Source: a virus | Lineage: Duplodnaviria > Caudoviricetes | Strand: one strand, 5' to 3' | Length of the DNA: 38,831 nt | Virus record (IMG/VR): IMGVR_UViG_3300049844_000167 | Location: 1-38,831 of that record | Shown: piece by piece, positions 26,461 to 34,384 of the stretch | Layout: the number at the start of each line of letters is the position of its first letter | Position numbering within the stretch: position 1 is the first letter of the stretch | Translations under genes and position numbers: made by a program | Notes under the pieces: generated by a model | Seen by the model: the letters and a program-made list of their open reading frames with translations, nothing else | What the model was told of the DNA's origin: nothing | Databases searched by the model: none

Positions 26461-27849
26461 TTACGGAGTCGCAGTCAACACGTTCTTGATGAACATGTGA
26501 CTTTCGGGATACCGGACCTCCAGGCCCGACTCACCGCGCCATTCATCTTCCCGGTAGTCAGCGTTGTTCGGCTGAACCATCTTGAGAAGAGTCGTATCGC
26601 GGCCATCCAACGCCCGATAGATCAGGTTGTTGACATCGAGGAACAGCGCAGAGTTGCGAAGAGTCGCGTTCTGGCTGAACAGCGGATGCGTCTTGTAGTG
26701 CACCGTTCCGAACGGCGTTGCGTGAGACACGATGTCCCAGCCCCACTGATTCTTCACAGGCACGTTAACGTTCAACGTCGCTTTGCCGAGGTACAGGTCG
26801 TGAATGACCTGCAAGAACCCGGTCCCGCAAAACACCAGCTTCTCCTGCGCCACGTTGTTCGTGACTCGGAACAACCGCTCCAAGTAGTTGTGATACTGCT
26901 TGAGGCTCATCGTTCCCGTGGAGTTGTTGATGATCCGTTTGTTGTCGTCAGTGTCAGCCGTCGCAGCCGAACCGCCCGGACGGTAGTTGAACGCTCCGCC
27001 GTTGGTGGTGTTACCGAGTTCCCACTGTTTCAGGAACCACTCGATGCCGCCAGTCGTCCGACGCGGCAGACCCGTCACCGAGTCCGTCGACAGCGTCCGA
27101 GTACCAAACAGGAACCCAAGCTCCATCTCGATAGCGTGCTGCAACGTGGCATCCTTCGCTTTGTCAGCGTAGGGGCCAGTCTTGTCGAACTTGAGGCCCG
27201 CCTTCAACACGGTGCCGGTGAACTGGAACGCAGTCCGCCAGATTTGCGTGTAGTTGACGATGTCCAACGGAATGTTCCACGGGGCAAGACTCGCACCCGT
27301 CTGACCTTCCGTTGCGCTGTTGCCGATGACGACAACTTCCAACCCAACTGTATCAGCGGCCGAGCCGCTAAACGCAACCGTGCTCATGTCCTCCATCGCC
27401 TGCACGTTGACTTTCGTCGTCGAGACAGTCGCGGTGACAAGGAACTTCAGGTTGTATGTCGCGGAACCAGCTTGATTCGGCCACCCACGAACTTCGAGGA
27501 TATGACCAGCGCGAAGCATGGTGTTATCAGCAACATGCAACCGGTTGATCGTCGTGAACGGAACCATTTCCTGTCCCGCCGCGATATTAAACCCATCCGC
27601 GATTTCCGAGTCGGAAGTGTTTGTAATCGACCCAGTGCCGCCACTAACCGCAGCCGTTATAGTCTTCTGTTCAACGTGCCGCTTTTCAGAAATCTGAAAC
27701 TGCGGATCGTTCGTCGTTTCCTCTTTCAGTAGCGCCATAAACGCCACCAGAGAAGCCGACCCATTAGGGTACTGGTACAGCACCGAGCGACGGAAGTTTG
27801 TCAACCGCAGACTGGCCTGTGACTCAGATGTAAGCAAACCAAGAATCAT
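26461..27849 (-). CDS. Major capsid protein (SU10/DUF5309-like)
   Basis: NYTQIWRTAFQFTGT, HAIEMELGFLFG, RTTGGI, TPFGTV motifs; AAGGAG leader; follows the scaffold gene. Confidence 0.87.
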   Translation of the reverse strand: MILGLLTSESQASLRLTNFRRSVLYQYPNGSASLVAFMALLKEETTNDPQFQISEKRHVEQKTITAAVSGGTGSITNTSDSEIADGFNIAAGQEMVPFTTINRLHVADNTMLRAGHILEVRGWPNQAGSATYNLKFLVTATVSTTKVNVQAMEDMSTVAFSGSAADTVGLEVVVIGNSATEGQTGASLAPWNIPLDIVNYTQIWRTAFQFTGTVLKAGLKFDKTGPYADKAKDATLQHAIEMELGFLFGTRTLSTDSVTGLPRRTTGGIEWFLKQWELGNTTNGGAFNYRPGGSAATADTDDNKRIINNSTGTMSLKQYHNYLERLFRVTNNVAQEKLVFCGTGFLQVIHDLYLGKATLNVNVPVKNQWGWDIVSHATPFGTVHYKTHPLFSQNATLRNSALFLDVNNLIYRALDGRDTTLLKMVQPNNADYREDEWRGESGLEVRYPESHMFIKNVLTATP

Positions 27850-27893
27850 GGCTTGTGTTTTTCTCCTTTTTGTTTATCTTGTTGGGACGTAGC

Positions 27894-28706
27894 TTACCGT
27901 CGCGTGAACAATTCCTCGAACACGTTACCGGATGCAGGAGCCCGGTTGGTACCGCCACCGCCACGACCACCGTCACCCAACGGAGCCGGACGTTGTCCCG
28001 AGTTTTGAGTCACGGCAGGGCTTGCCCCACCGCCAGCGTTCGCGTCCAGTTTTAACACTGTTCGAACTCTGCCTGCTAGAGTGTCGAAGGCTTCGTCAAG
28101 GCTCTTCGCCTTGTAGCCCTCGTTTTTGAGTTGCCCAAAAACCATGTCTACAACAGCGTCGTAGTCTTTGAGGTCTTGGTGCTTCTCGTAAAATTTCGAC
28201 TTTGCACGTTCGGCCTGTTGCTCTTGAGCATATGCCGACATCGGGGAGATTTCCTTCATCAACTCTTCCCGCATGATTTGCATTTGGTATTGCATCAACG
28301 TATTAAACTGCTGAAGCATCCCATCCCGCATTGCGGTGACCGCGCCAAGAGCGTCCTCACCACCAGCAAGAAGCTGCTCGACAACGGAAGCATCCGGCTT
28401 CCACACCTTGAACATCGTATCGAGTTCGTCCTGGGAATATTGCTTCGGCGGTGCGGGAGGTTGCACCGCTTTGACCGCCTCTGCCGTGATACGTGCAATA
28501 TCCTCAGCAGTCATACCAGTCGGGCCGGGCTTCGCCTCTGGTTTCGGCTCCGCTTCTACTTTCGGCGCGGGTCCGCCAATTTGCCGACCGAAACCGTCAA
28601 ACTGAGCCTCACCGCCACCACCGGACGCACCCTCGCCTCCGGGGACTCCACCAAATGAACCGCCACCATCTTCTGTCAACATGAGTTTGTATTTGCTAAC
28701 TTTCAT
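27894..28706 (-). CDS. Capsid scaffolding protein
   Basis: Gly/Pro-rich ends with a helical Gln/Glu core; lies between portal and MCP; SD AAGGAG. Confidence 0.7.
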   Translation of the reverse strand: MKVSKYKLMLTEDGGGSFGGVPGGEGASGGGGEAQFDGFGRQIGGPAPKVEAEPKPEAKPGPTGMTAEDIARITAEAVKAVQPPAPPKQYSQDELDTMFKVWKPDASVVEQLLAGGEDALGAVTAMRDGMLQQFNTLMQYQMQIMREELMKEISPMSAYAQEQQAERAKSKFYEKHQDLKDYDAVVDMVFGQLKNEGYKAKSLDEAFDTLAGRVRTVLKLDANAGGGASPAVTQNSGQRPAPLGDGGRGGGGTNRAPASGNVFEELFTRR

Positions 28707-28962
28707 TTTTCTCCTTAACTAACTCTCGCAAAGCGTCCACCGATTCTGTCACCAGCCGCTCGAAGCGTCCCAAAGCTCGTCCTTCGCCTATTACTTGTTC
28801 GCGCGATATGAGCGATCCGATGTCAGGGGTGGCCAGCGAAAACACTGCCATTCGGCAGGCTTCGCTTTCTGTGGCGAGTTCTTCACAGAAAAGTTTGAAC
28901 CAAGGATTCTCTACGAATCTGATTAAATCAGGCAGTTTGTCCAGGTGGTGTTCTAGTTGCAT
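28696..28962 (-). CDS. Small helical protein downstream of the portal (88 aa)
   Basis: ATG ORF bridging portal and scaffold, a common podovirus arrangement. Confidence 0.6.
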   Translation of the reverse strand: MQLEHHLDKLPDLIRFVENPWFKLFCEELATESEACRMAVFSLATPDIGSLISREQVIGEGRALGRFERLVTESVDALRELVKEKNES

Positions 28963-30790
28963 TTTGTTGGGTTTGTTGCTGTTGTGCCATCATTGCTTGC
29001 AGTTCCATTGGAGCTTGCAAGAACCGCTCGGAACCACGAATCCCTCGCAGTTCCGCAATCTCCTTAATCAAGTTCTGCATGGAAGGCAGCATTAACATTT
29101 GCATTGACGCGGGGTTGGAGAGAAGTCCAAGCAACAGCTCTTGCATCGACTGGGCCAAGTAGCCCTTCTCGCTCGGAGCCGTTCCGTCGAAAGTACGAAA
29201 ATCACACTCAGCGGCTGAATCTTTCCACGCGGCAAACTGTTCCTCCGTCGCGGTGGCTCCAACATACTTCTTAAACAAGTTGAAGGTGAGATGTTCTGCG
29301 TGGTCTATCAGCATCTTTCGTCCGAGCGGAACGAACAACGTCTCCCACAAGACTGCCGCACCGGTCTTTAATCGCGATGCAGCACCAGCGTTGACCGAAC
29401 GAGCTTCGTAGGCAGAGCGGCGACCGCCATTGTACAACCCCAACGCGTTGTCGTTGATTCCGGTGCAAGTTTGCATGAAACTCCACAACGTTTGAACATC
29501 ACCAACATGGGCTTGAGTGACATCTCTCACGTCAAGTTGCTTGAGCCACATGTCAATTCCGCCCCTCGCAGACTCCGGCTTGAGTCGAATAATTGGACTA
29601 CGGTTCTGCAAGTCCTTCATCTCGATGGCTTGTGGGTTGACGACGAGTTTCGTATCAATCGTCTTGCGAACAGAAGCCACGTGGGAATTGATAAACCACG
29701 AACAGACGTCTTGAAGCTGCGAGACAAGCTCGGCCAGACCCTCGTTGACGATTTGCTGTTGGTCGTTGTTAAACTGAGCAATGTCGATGGTGAAATCGTC
29801 GTGCGGATAGTTCATCGGCTCGACACGGAGTATGGTCTTGTCGTTCGCGTACCAGACAACATAAAGCTCCGGGACGTCACTGTCACCCAACGGCTTACCT
29901 TCAGAGATTTCAAACTTACTCGGAGTCAACCAAATCTGCACTTCGGTCACGACGCAAACACCGGGACTTTGCCCCGACAACCCAGTGAGCATCCCTTTTC
30001 CGGTGGAGTTTGTTGAATGAAGTCGTCGCTCGGTTAACATAGCATCCGCAGCGAAAGGCTCGATTTCATCCACGTTCGAAATCATACCATCACCCTCCAT
30101 TTCACGCAACCGGGTCGTAGAGTATTCGTCCTCAACTCCGATGAACTCGCCTTCCGCCGCGCGTGTCAAAGGTAAGCGAGTGTCCGGAAAGACGCGATAA
30201 GGAGACACCGGCAGGATTTTGTGACCCTGACGAACAAGTTTGTCAACCATCTGAGTCACCGGAACACCAGAAACTGGAGCACCCAGAAAAGACTCGCCAC
30301 CTTGTGCCGGAACCTCAACAGAAACTTTCCTCGACTTTTCGTACCAGTAATGTTTCGTCGCACAAATACCACAGCGAGCTGCGTCGAGGAGAAGCTGATA
30401 AAGCACCGTGGGCCACTTATTCGCCCTTAAGTCGCCATCGAGGATCAACTCACTGTCGCGTTCAGGAGACCCAACGTCCTCCGGCCCGACCCCTTCGAGT
30501 TCGTAGAACTTCGGGCGTTGCATGAACAACGAGTAGACGAAGGAGACGTACGTCTGCACTTGCGCGTAGGTAAAAGGAAGAACCATCCTGGCCGGCTCGT
30601 TTTTCTGTTTCGCCTTGCGGTCGGATTCGGTCTCATCAACAACGCCGCGGTAGGTATTATCCGCCTTGTCCCACGCATCGTAGTAGGCGGACATCGTCTC
30701 CCGAGACATGTCCACAAGTGCGCGACAATGCTCCAATAGAGCGTCGTGCTCTTTGGAGTTTGGTTTCAAAGCGTTAGCTAAATTAGCCAT
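28928..30790 (-). CDS. Portal protein
   Basis: 620 aa; DAARCGICATK, VSPYRVFPD, TGINDNALG..GRRSAYE motifs and a Gln-rich C-terminus like P22/SU10-type portals. Confidence 0.85.
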   Translation of the reverse strand: MANLANALKPNSKEHDALLEHCRALVDMSRETMSAYYDAWDKADNTYRGVVDETESDRKAKQKNEPARMVLPFTYAQVQTYVSFVYSLFMQRPKFYELEGVGPEDVGSPERDSELILDGDLRANKWPTVLYQLLLDAARCGICATKHYWYEKSRKVSVEVPAQGGESFLGAPVSGVPVTQMVDKLVRQGHKILPVSPYRVFPDTRLPLTRAAEGEFIGVEDEYSTTRLREMEGDGMISNVDEIEPFAADAMLTERRLHSTNSTGKGMLTGLSGQSPGVCVVTEVQIWLTPSKFEISEGKPLGDSDVPELYVVWYANDKTILRVEPMNYPHDDFTIDIAQFNNDQQQIVNEGLAELVSQLQDVCSWFINSHVASVRKTIDTKLVVNPQAIEMKDLQNRSPIIRLKPESARGGIDMWLKQLDVRDVTQAHVGDVQTLWSFMQTCTGINDNALGLYNGGRRSAYEARSVNAGAASRLKTGAAVLWETLFVPLGRKMLIDHAEHLTFNLFKKYVGATATEEQFAAWKDSAAECDFRTFDGTAPSEKGYLAQSMQELLLGLLSNPASMQMLMLPSMQNLIKEIAELRGIRGSERFLQAPMELQAMMAQQQQTQQNATRTPPGQTA

Positions 30791-30815
30791 GTGTTTTTAT
30801 TTAATGCAACAAAAC

Positions 30816-31250
30816 CTATCGGATCGGCTCCTCGTTTGAGGACAACTCCCGCCACGACCGGAACAAGGCATCTTGAAGGTGCGGCGACTCCCAATCCAAC
30901 GCGACGAGGCCATGTCTTTTCGCTATCGCTTGTCCTTGTTGATACAAGTCCTCCCGATCCCACCCCGCATCGTACATTCCCGGAGCCTTCGTCGCCTCAA
31001 CAAGAGGCACCCAATCCACAGCTCGTCCGTAGTTATGAAAACTCTGGCCGCCGCGAGCCTTAGTAATCTTTGGTCCCTGCGCAAACAATTGATTCTGTTC
31101 GCGCACCGTACGCACTCCACAATAGACATACGGCAAAAGTCCCTCATCGCGACAAGCTGCCAACCACGCCTTGACCCGAGTACGAAAATCCTCCCGCAGT
31201 TTGGAGATTTTGTCCTCCGTGATACGAGAGGCGGCAGCCAGTGTTATCAT
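30816..31250 (-). CDS. Endolysin, M15-family (L-Ala-D-Glu-type) peptidase
   Basis: RTVREQNQLF, ARGGQSFHNYGRAVD, WESPHLQ zinc-binding motifs. Confidence 0.88.
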   Translation of the reverse strand: MITLAAASRITEDKISKLREDFRTRVKAWLAACRDEGLLPYVYCGVRTVREQNQLFAQGPKITKARGGQSFHNYGRAVDWVPLVEATKAPGMYDAGWDREDLYQQGQAIAKRHGLVALDWESPHLQDALFRSWRELSSNEEPIR

Positions 31251-31405
31251 TTAGCAAGACCTTTCACGGACGGGAGTTCATACGTCACGCCGACAGTTCC
31301 ATACTTTTCGTCTCCGTACTCAAACCGGAAAGAGCAGCCGGACAACAGCCAGCAGCTCGCGGCGAACAGCAGTACGGCGATGACAAACGCACCAGCGCGG
31401 CTCAT
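31247..31405 (-). CDS. Small lipoprotein (52 aa), possible spanin-like lysis component
   Basis: MSRAGAFVIAVLLFAASCWL-LSGC lipobox; ATGA overlaps on both sides. Confidence 0.6.
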   Translation of the reverse strand: MSRAGAFVIAVLLFAASCWLLSGCSFRFEYGDEKYGTVGVTYELPSVKGLAK

Positions 31406-31527
31406 TTTGCCGGACCTTTTCGGATGATGTTGATGAGACCGATGACAGACAAGCCAGTAGCGAGGATCAGTCCGCGCCACGTTGAGTTTTCAGAAAGACG
31501 CTCAAGCGCCCAGTCGATTGTTTTCAT
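31402..31527 (-). CDS. Holin-like membrane peptide (41 aa), absent from the ORF track
   Basis: MKTIDWALERLSENSTWRGLILATGLSVIGLINIIRKGPAK; AAAGGAAAC leader; stop overlaps the next ATG. Confidence 0.65.
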   Translation of the reverse strand: MKTIDWALERLSENSTWRGLILATGLSVIGLINIIRKGPAK

Positions 31528-31555
31528 TGTAGTTTCCTTTCGTTGTTGTTGAATC

Positions 31556-31593
31556 GCTGGCCGGGAGTCCAAACCCCTAAACTCCCGACCAGC
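31556..31593 (-). promoter_or_regulatory. Intergenic RNA hairpin within the lysis cassette
   Basis: Minus strand GCTGGTCGGGAGT(TT)...(GG)ACTCCCGGCCAGC; the mismatches are G-U pairs only on the coding strand. Confidence 0.45.
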
Positions 31594-31605
31594 CTCCCCG
31601 CCAAG

Positions 31606-31899
31606 TTATTCGATGTCGCCTTTGAGATAGTCTGCTCTCGCGGGACAAGTGTGAAAGTGTTTCTCCACCCGTTCGAGTCGATCATTGATCGACTGGACAA
31701 AGGCCGCGCTCTTCCACAGCAAAAGCATCACCGCGAACATCCCGCCGAGCAAGCCGAGAACCCAGCCGAGAGGGACACTTGTCTCCGCCGTGAGTTCCGC
31801 GCGAGCGTCGGCTACCGCACCAAGCACAAGCCCACCGACGGCCAAAGCCGTTGAACAGAGCGTCGTGCATACAGACTCGAAGAAAGGATGGGTGGTCAT
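31606..31899 (-). CDS. Membrane protein with two hydrophobic segments and a C-terminal coiled coil (holin/antiholin-like, 97 aa)
   Basis: STALAVGGLVLGAV and VPLGWVLGLLGGMFAVMLLLW followed by INDRLERVE; ATGA overlap at the start. Confidence 0.6.
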   Translation of the reverse strand: MTTHPFFESVCTTLCSTALAVGGLVLGAVADARAELTAETSVPLGWVLGLLGGMFAVMLLLWKSAAFVQSINDRLERVEKHFHTCPARADYLKGDIE

Positions 31900-32279
31900 T
31901 GGACTGAAAGACCCGCTTGCCTCGCGATTTCCACCATCGCACCGGAGAACGCGGCGGCGAAGGTCGGGTCGGTTCCGCACAGCGCGAAGCAGTCACGGAT
32001 GGTGTGGCGTTTTCCGTCAGCGAAAGAGACAGTCGCAGCCACCGGCCTCGCCGGGTCGCTCGCGGTAACGCGAAGTTCGACCAGACCGGATTCGTTCCCC
32101 GATTGTCGGGCGAGTTCCGTTTCCATGGCGGAAAGCATCGTGTTGAACAGCGCATCGGCAGACTTCCGCGAAACATCCGTCGCGACGACCTTCCGCCCCG
32201 TGGCGAGAAGATTCGTTCCGTCGAACGGGAGAAGCACCGCCGCAAACGTGACAGGAGTTGGATTGAGAATTGTTGACAT
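31896..32279 (-). CDS. Hypothetical protein (127 aa)
   Basis: GAAAGGA leader; ATGA-coupled to the next gene. Confidence 0.65.
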   Translation of the reverse strand: MSTILNPTPVTFAAVLLPFDGTNLLATGRKVVATDVSRKSADALFNTMLSAMETELARQSGNESGLVELRVTASDPARPVAATVSFADGKRHTIRDCFALCGTDPTFAAAFSGAMVEIARQAGLSVQ

Positions 32280-32297
32280 GTTGGGAAATCCTTTCTG

Positions 32298-33404
32298 TTA
32301 GACCATACCGGCCCCGAGGATGTCGGAGGAACGGGCCTTCGTGAAGGTTGTGCCGCCAGCGCCCTTTTGCACTGCCGAGCCGACGAGGAACAACTGTTTG
32401 CCAGACGGCAACTTCGTGGAAGAAGATGCAACGGTAAGGTCGGAGTATTGGACATTGACTGTTCCGTTTCCTCCAGAAGCACTTGTCCCCGATCCTCCGG
32501 CCACCGTAAGCGTTACGCCTGTCGGGTCAGTATCAATCAGGGTGATAGTACCTCCGTTTCCGCCAACTGGATTTGCCGACGTCGCTCCACCAGAAACATC
32601 AACCGACGTAGTAGAAACTCCATTAGTGATTGTAACAGTCCCCCCACCCCCAGCGTCGCCAGCTTGACTCGATCCGCCATACGCTTCCACCGCACCAACA
32701 GTGCAGTTCGTCAAAGCGACAGTAGCACCGCCAGTACTAGCCGCATTACTGCTCGCACTTCCGTTTGCCTTAACAGTAAGCAAAGTGCAATCTTCGGCTG
32801 TAATGTTCCCAGCCGTGCTGGGCGTAGTCGACTGTGTCGCGGGTGCGATAGTATCAACAATCCCAGCAGTTTGTACACAGCGCAACAAAGTCACCGCCCC
32901 GCTTGCACCATCTATCGAAGGTGCGGCCAATGAACAGTCACCGCCTGTTGTCACGATTGCTCCGTGGGAAACGTCAGTCAGATTAACAGACCCGCCATCA
33001 GACGCACTGTTGACCATATCTCCGTTATCAGGTGCTGCACCCTTTGACGAGACGGCACCGACGCTTATTCCAGTCTCACCGACGATTACCACATCTCTTC
33101 CTTCGGTTGGGGCAACGTAGGATTCCGTACCTTCGTCATAGTAACCAGCCGCACCATCTCCCGTAATGTTTCCGATAGCGTAAACCGTCCCGCCCTCAAC
33201 AGTCGCACCCTTCGCCAAGAGCAACCAATCGGGCCAGCCGACCGTCGCATCGAGCGTAAGATTACCCCAGTTGCCCGTGGTTTTCTGCTTGATTACGATT
33301 GTGTGGGTGTCATCGCCTGTCGGTGGGGTAGCGATAGCCGCATCATACGCCGCTTGCGTGTTGGCGTAGGTCACGCCATCGAGTTGAAAATTCGTGTTCG
33401 CCAT
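32298..33404 (-). CDS. Gly/Thr-rich fibre or spike protein with beta-solenoid-like repeats
   Basis: Repeated GG-x(n)-GGxVxLT units (GGSVNLT, GGATVALT, GGTVTIT, GGTITLI). Confidence 0.7.
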   Translation of the reverse strand: MANTNFQLDGVTYANTQAAYDAAIATPPTGDDTHTIVIKQKTTGNWGNLTLDATVGWPDWLLLAKGATVEGGTVYAIGNITGDGAAGYYDEGTESYVAPTEGRDVVIVGETGISVGAVSSKGAAPDNGDMVNSASDGGSVNLTDVSHGAIVTTGGDCSLAAPSIDGASGAVTLLRCVQTAGIVDTIAPATQSTTPSTAGNITAEDCTLLTVKANGSASSNAASTGGATVALTNCTVGAVEAYGGSSQAGDAGGGGTVTITNGVSTTSVDVSGGATSANPVGGNGGTITLIDTDPTGVTLTVAGGSGTSASGGNGTVNVQYSDLTVASSSTKLPSGKQLFLVGSAVQKGAGGTTFTKARSSDILGAGMV

Positions 33405-33405
33405 A

Positions 33406-33960
33406 TCAGAACCCTCCCACGAAGCTCACGAAGTCCCACGCAGCCGAACGGCTGAGGAACTTCAAGTAGTATGATTTACCATTCGTCAACGAGTACGGAG
33501 AAGCAAAACTCGACTCGCTCGGAATAGCGAAATTGGTCAGCGTCAGCGTTTTGCCGGACGCCCCTACGTCGAGCCGGATCAACAGTTCCGCGCCCTCAGA
33601 GAACTCGATCGGCGCGATGATCTCGATGTTGTTTGTCACAGCGATCTTCCGAGAAAGACCGTCGTCAATGTCCGGGGTTACTTGAGCGGCGAAAGCCAAC
33701 GTGACCGGAGCCACGACGTTCGCATCGGCGAGTGCCGCAATAGCCTGGGCCGTCCGGAGCGGGGTCATCAACACCGTGTTTGACGTCCCCGTTTGAGCCT
33801 CGGCTTGAGTCGCAAGGGCGACTTCTGTCGTGGACCACCCAGAGGTCGTGTAGAAATACCGATCCCCTCCGGTGGTGTTGATGTACACAGAGCCGACAGG
33901 AACGCCGACAGCAGTCGGTGCTCCTTCGCCCAAGTACAATAAATCGCTAAGTTTCGTCAT
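33406..33960 (-). CDS. Short tail/head fibre-like protein
   Basis: GAPTAV..GSVYINT motif, fibre repeat LATQAEAQTGTSNTVLMTPLRTAQAI, C-terminal beta-sandwich-like domain. Confidence 0.7.
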   Translation of the reverse strand: MTKLSDLLYLGEGAPTAVGVPVGSVYINTTGGDRYFYTTSGWSTTEVALATQAEAQTGTSNTVLMTPLRTAQAIAALADANVVAPVTLAFAAQVTPDIDDGLSRKIAVTNNIEIIAPIEFSEGAELLIRLDVGASGKTLTLTNFAIPSESSFASPYSLTNGKSYYLKFLSRSAAWDFVSFVGGF

Positions 33961-33972
33961 TTTATAATACTC

Positions 33973-34371
33973 CTAGCTTGCCAATGTGATACCGACTGCC
34001 GTGCCGCCGGACAAGGTGGCATCGGAAACCGCGAACGACGCAGCTTCGTCGGTAGAGAGGGTTAGAAGGTTACCGGCGGTTCCCGGACAAGTAGCAACGA
34101 TCCGCACAACATTACCGTACCAAAGCGCGAAGACAGCTTTGATGGGTTGCGTTTGGTTGTGGAGGTCGGTGCGGCAGATGTCGGCGTTAACTGCTGCGGC
34201 AAGGTTCTTCGCACATTCCACAGCATTATTACCCAACGCGAAGGTTGTGCCGTAGACATAATCCGTCCCAGCGACGACTACTTTCTTGCCAACGGTCGGG
34301 ACTTTTAGAATAGTCACCGTACCTGTGGCAGGTTCCCCGAAGGGTCGATAGTATGAAATCTGAGGATTCAC
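33973..34371 (-). CDS. Small beta-rich virion structural protein (GTG start)
   Basis: SD GAGGAG; ATGTVTI...AKNLAAAVN...VRIVA..GTAGN...LSGG pattern seen in virion surface domains. Confidence 0.65.
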   Translation of the reverse strand: MNPQISYYRPFGEPATGTVTILKVPTVGKKVVVAGTDYVYGTTFALGNNAVECAKNLAAAVNADICRTDLHNQTQPIKAVFALWYGNVVRIVATCPGTAGNLLTLSTDEAASFAVSDATLSGGTAVGITLAS

Positions 34372-34384
34372 TAAAATACTCCTC

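Noticed and set aside
26497-27732. 411-aa ORF antisense to the major capsid gene
   Set aside because: Shadow ORF arising from the codon bias of the MCP; Arg/Val-rich, no motifs
28670-28706. Prp (L27-like) cleavage motif at the scaffold N-terminus
   Set aside because: KLMLTEDGGG lacks the LQxFA consensus
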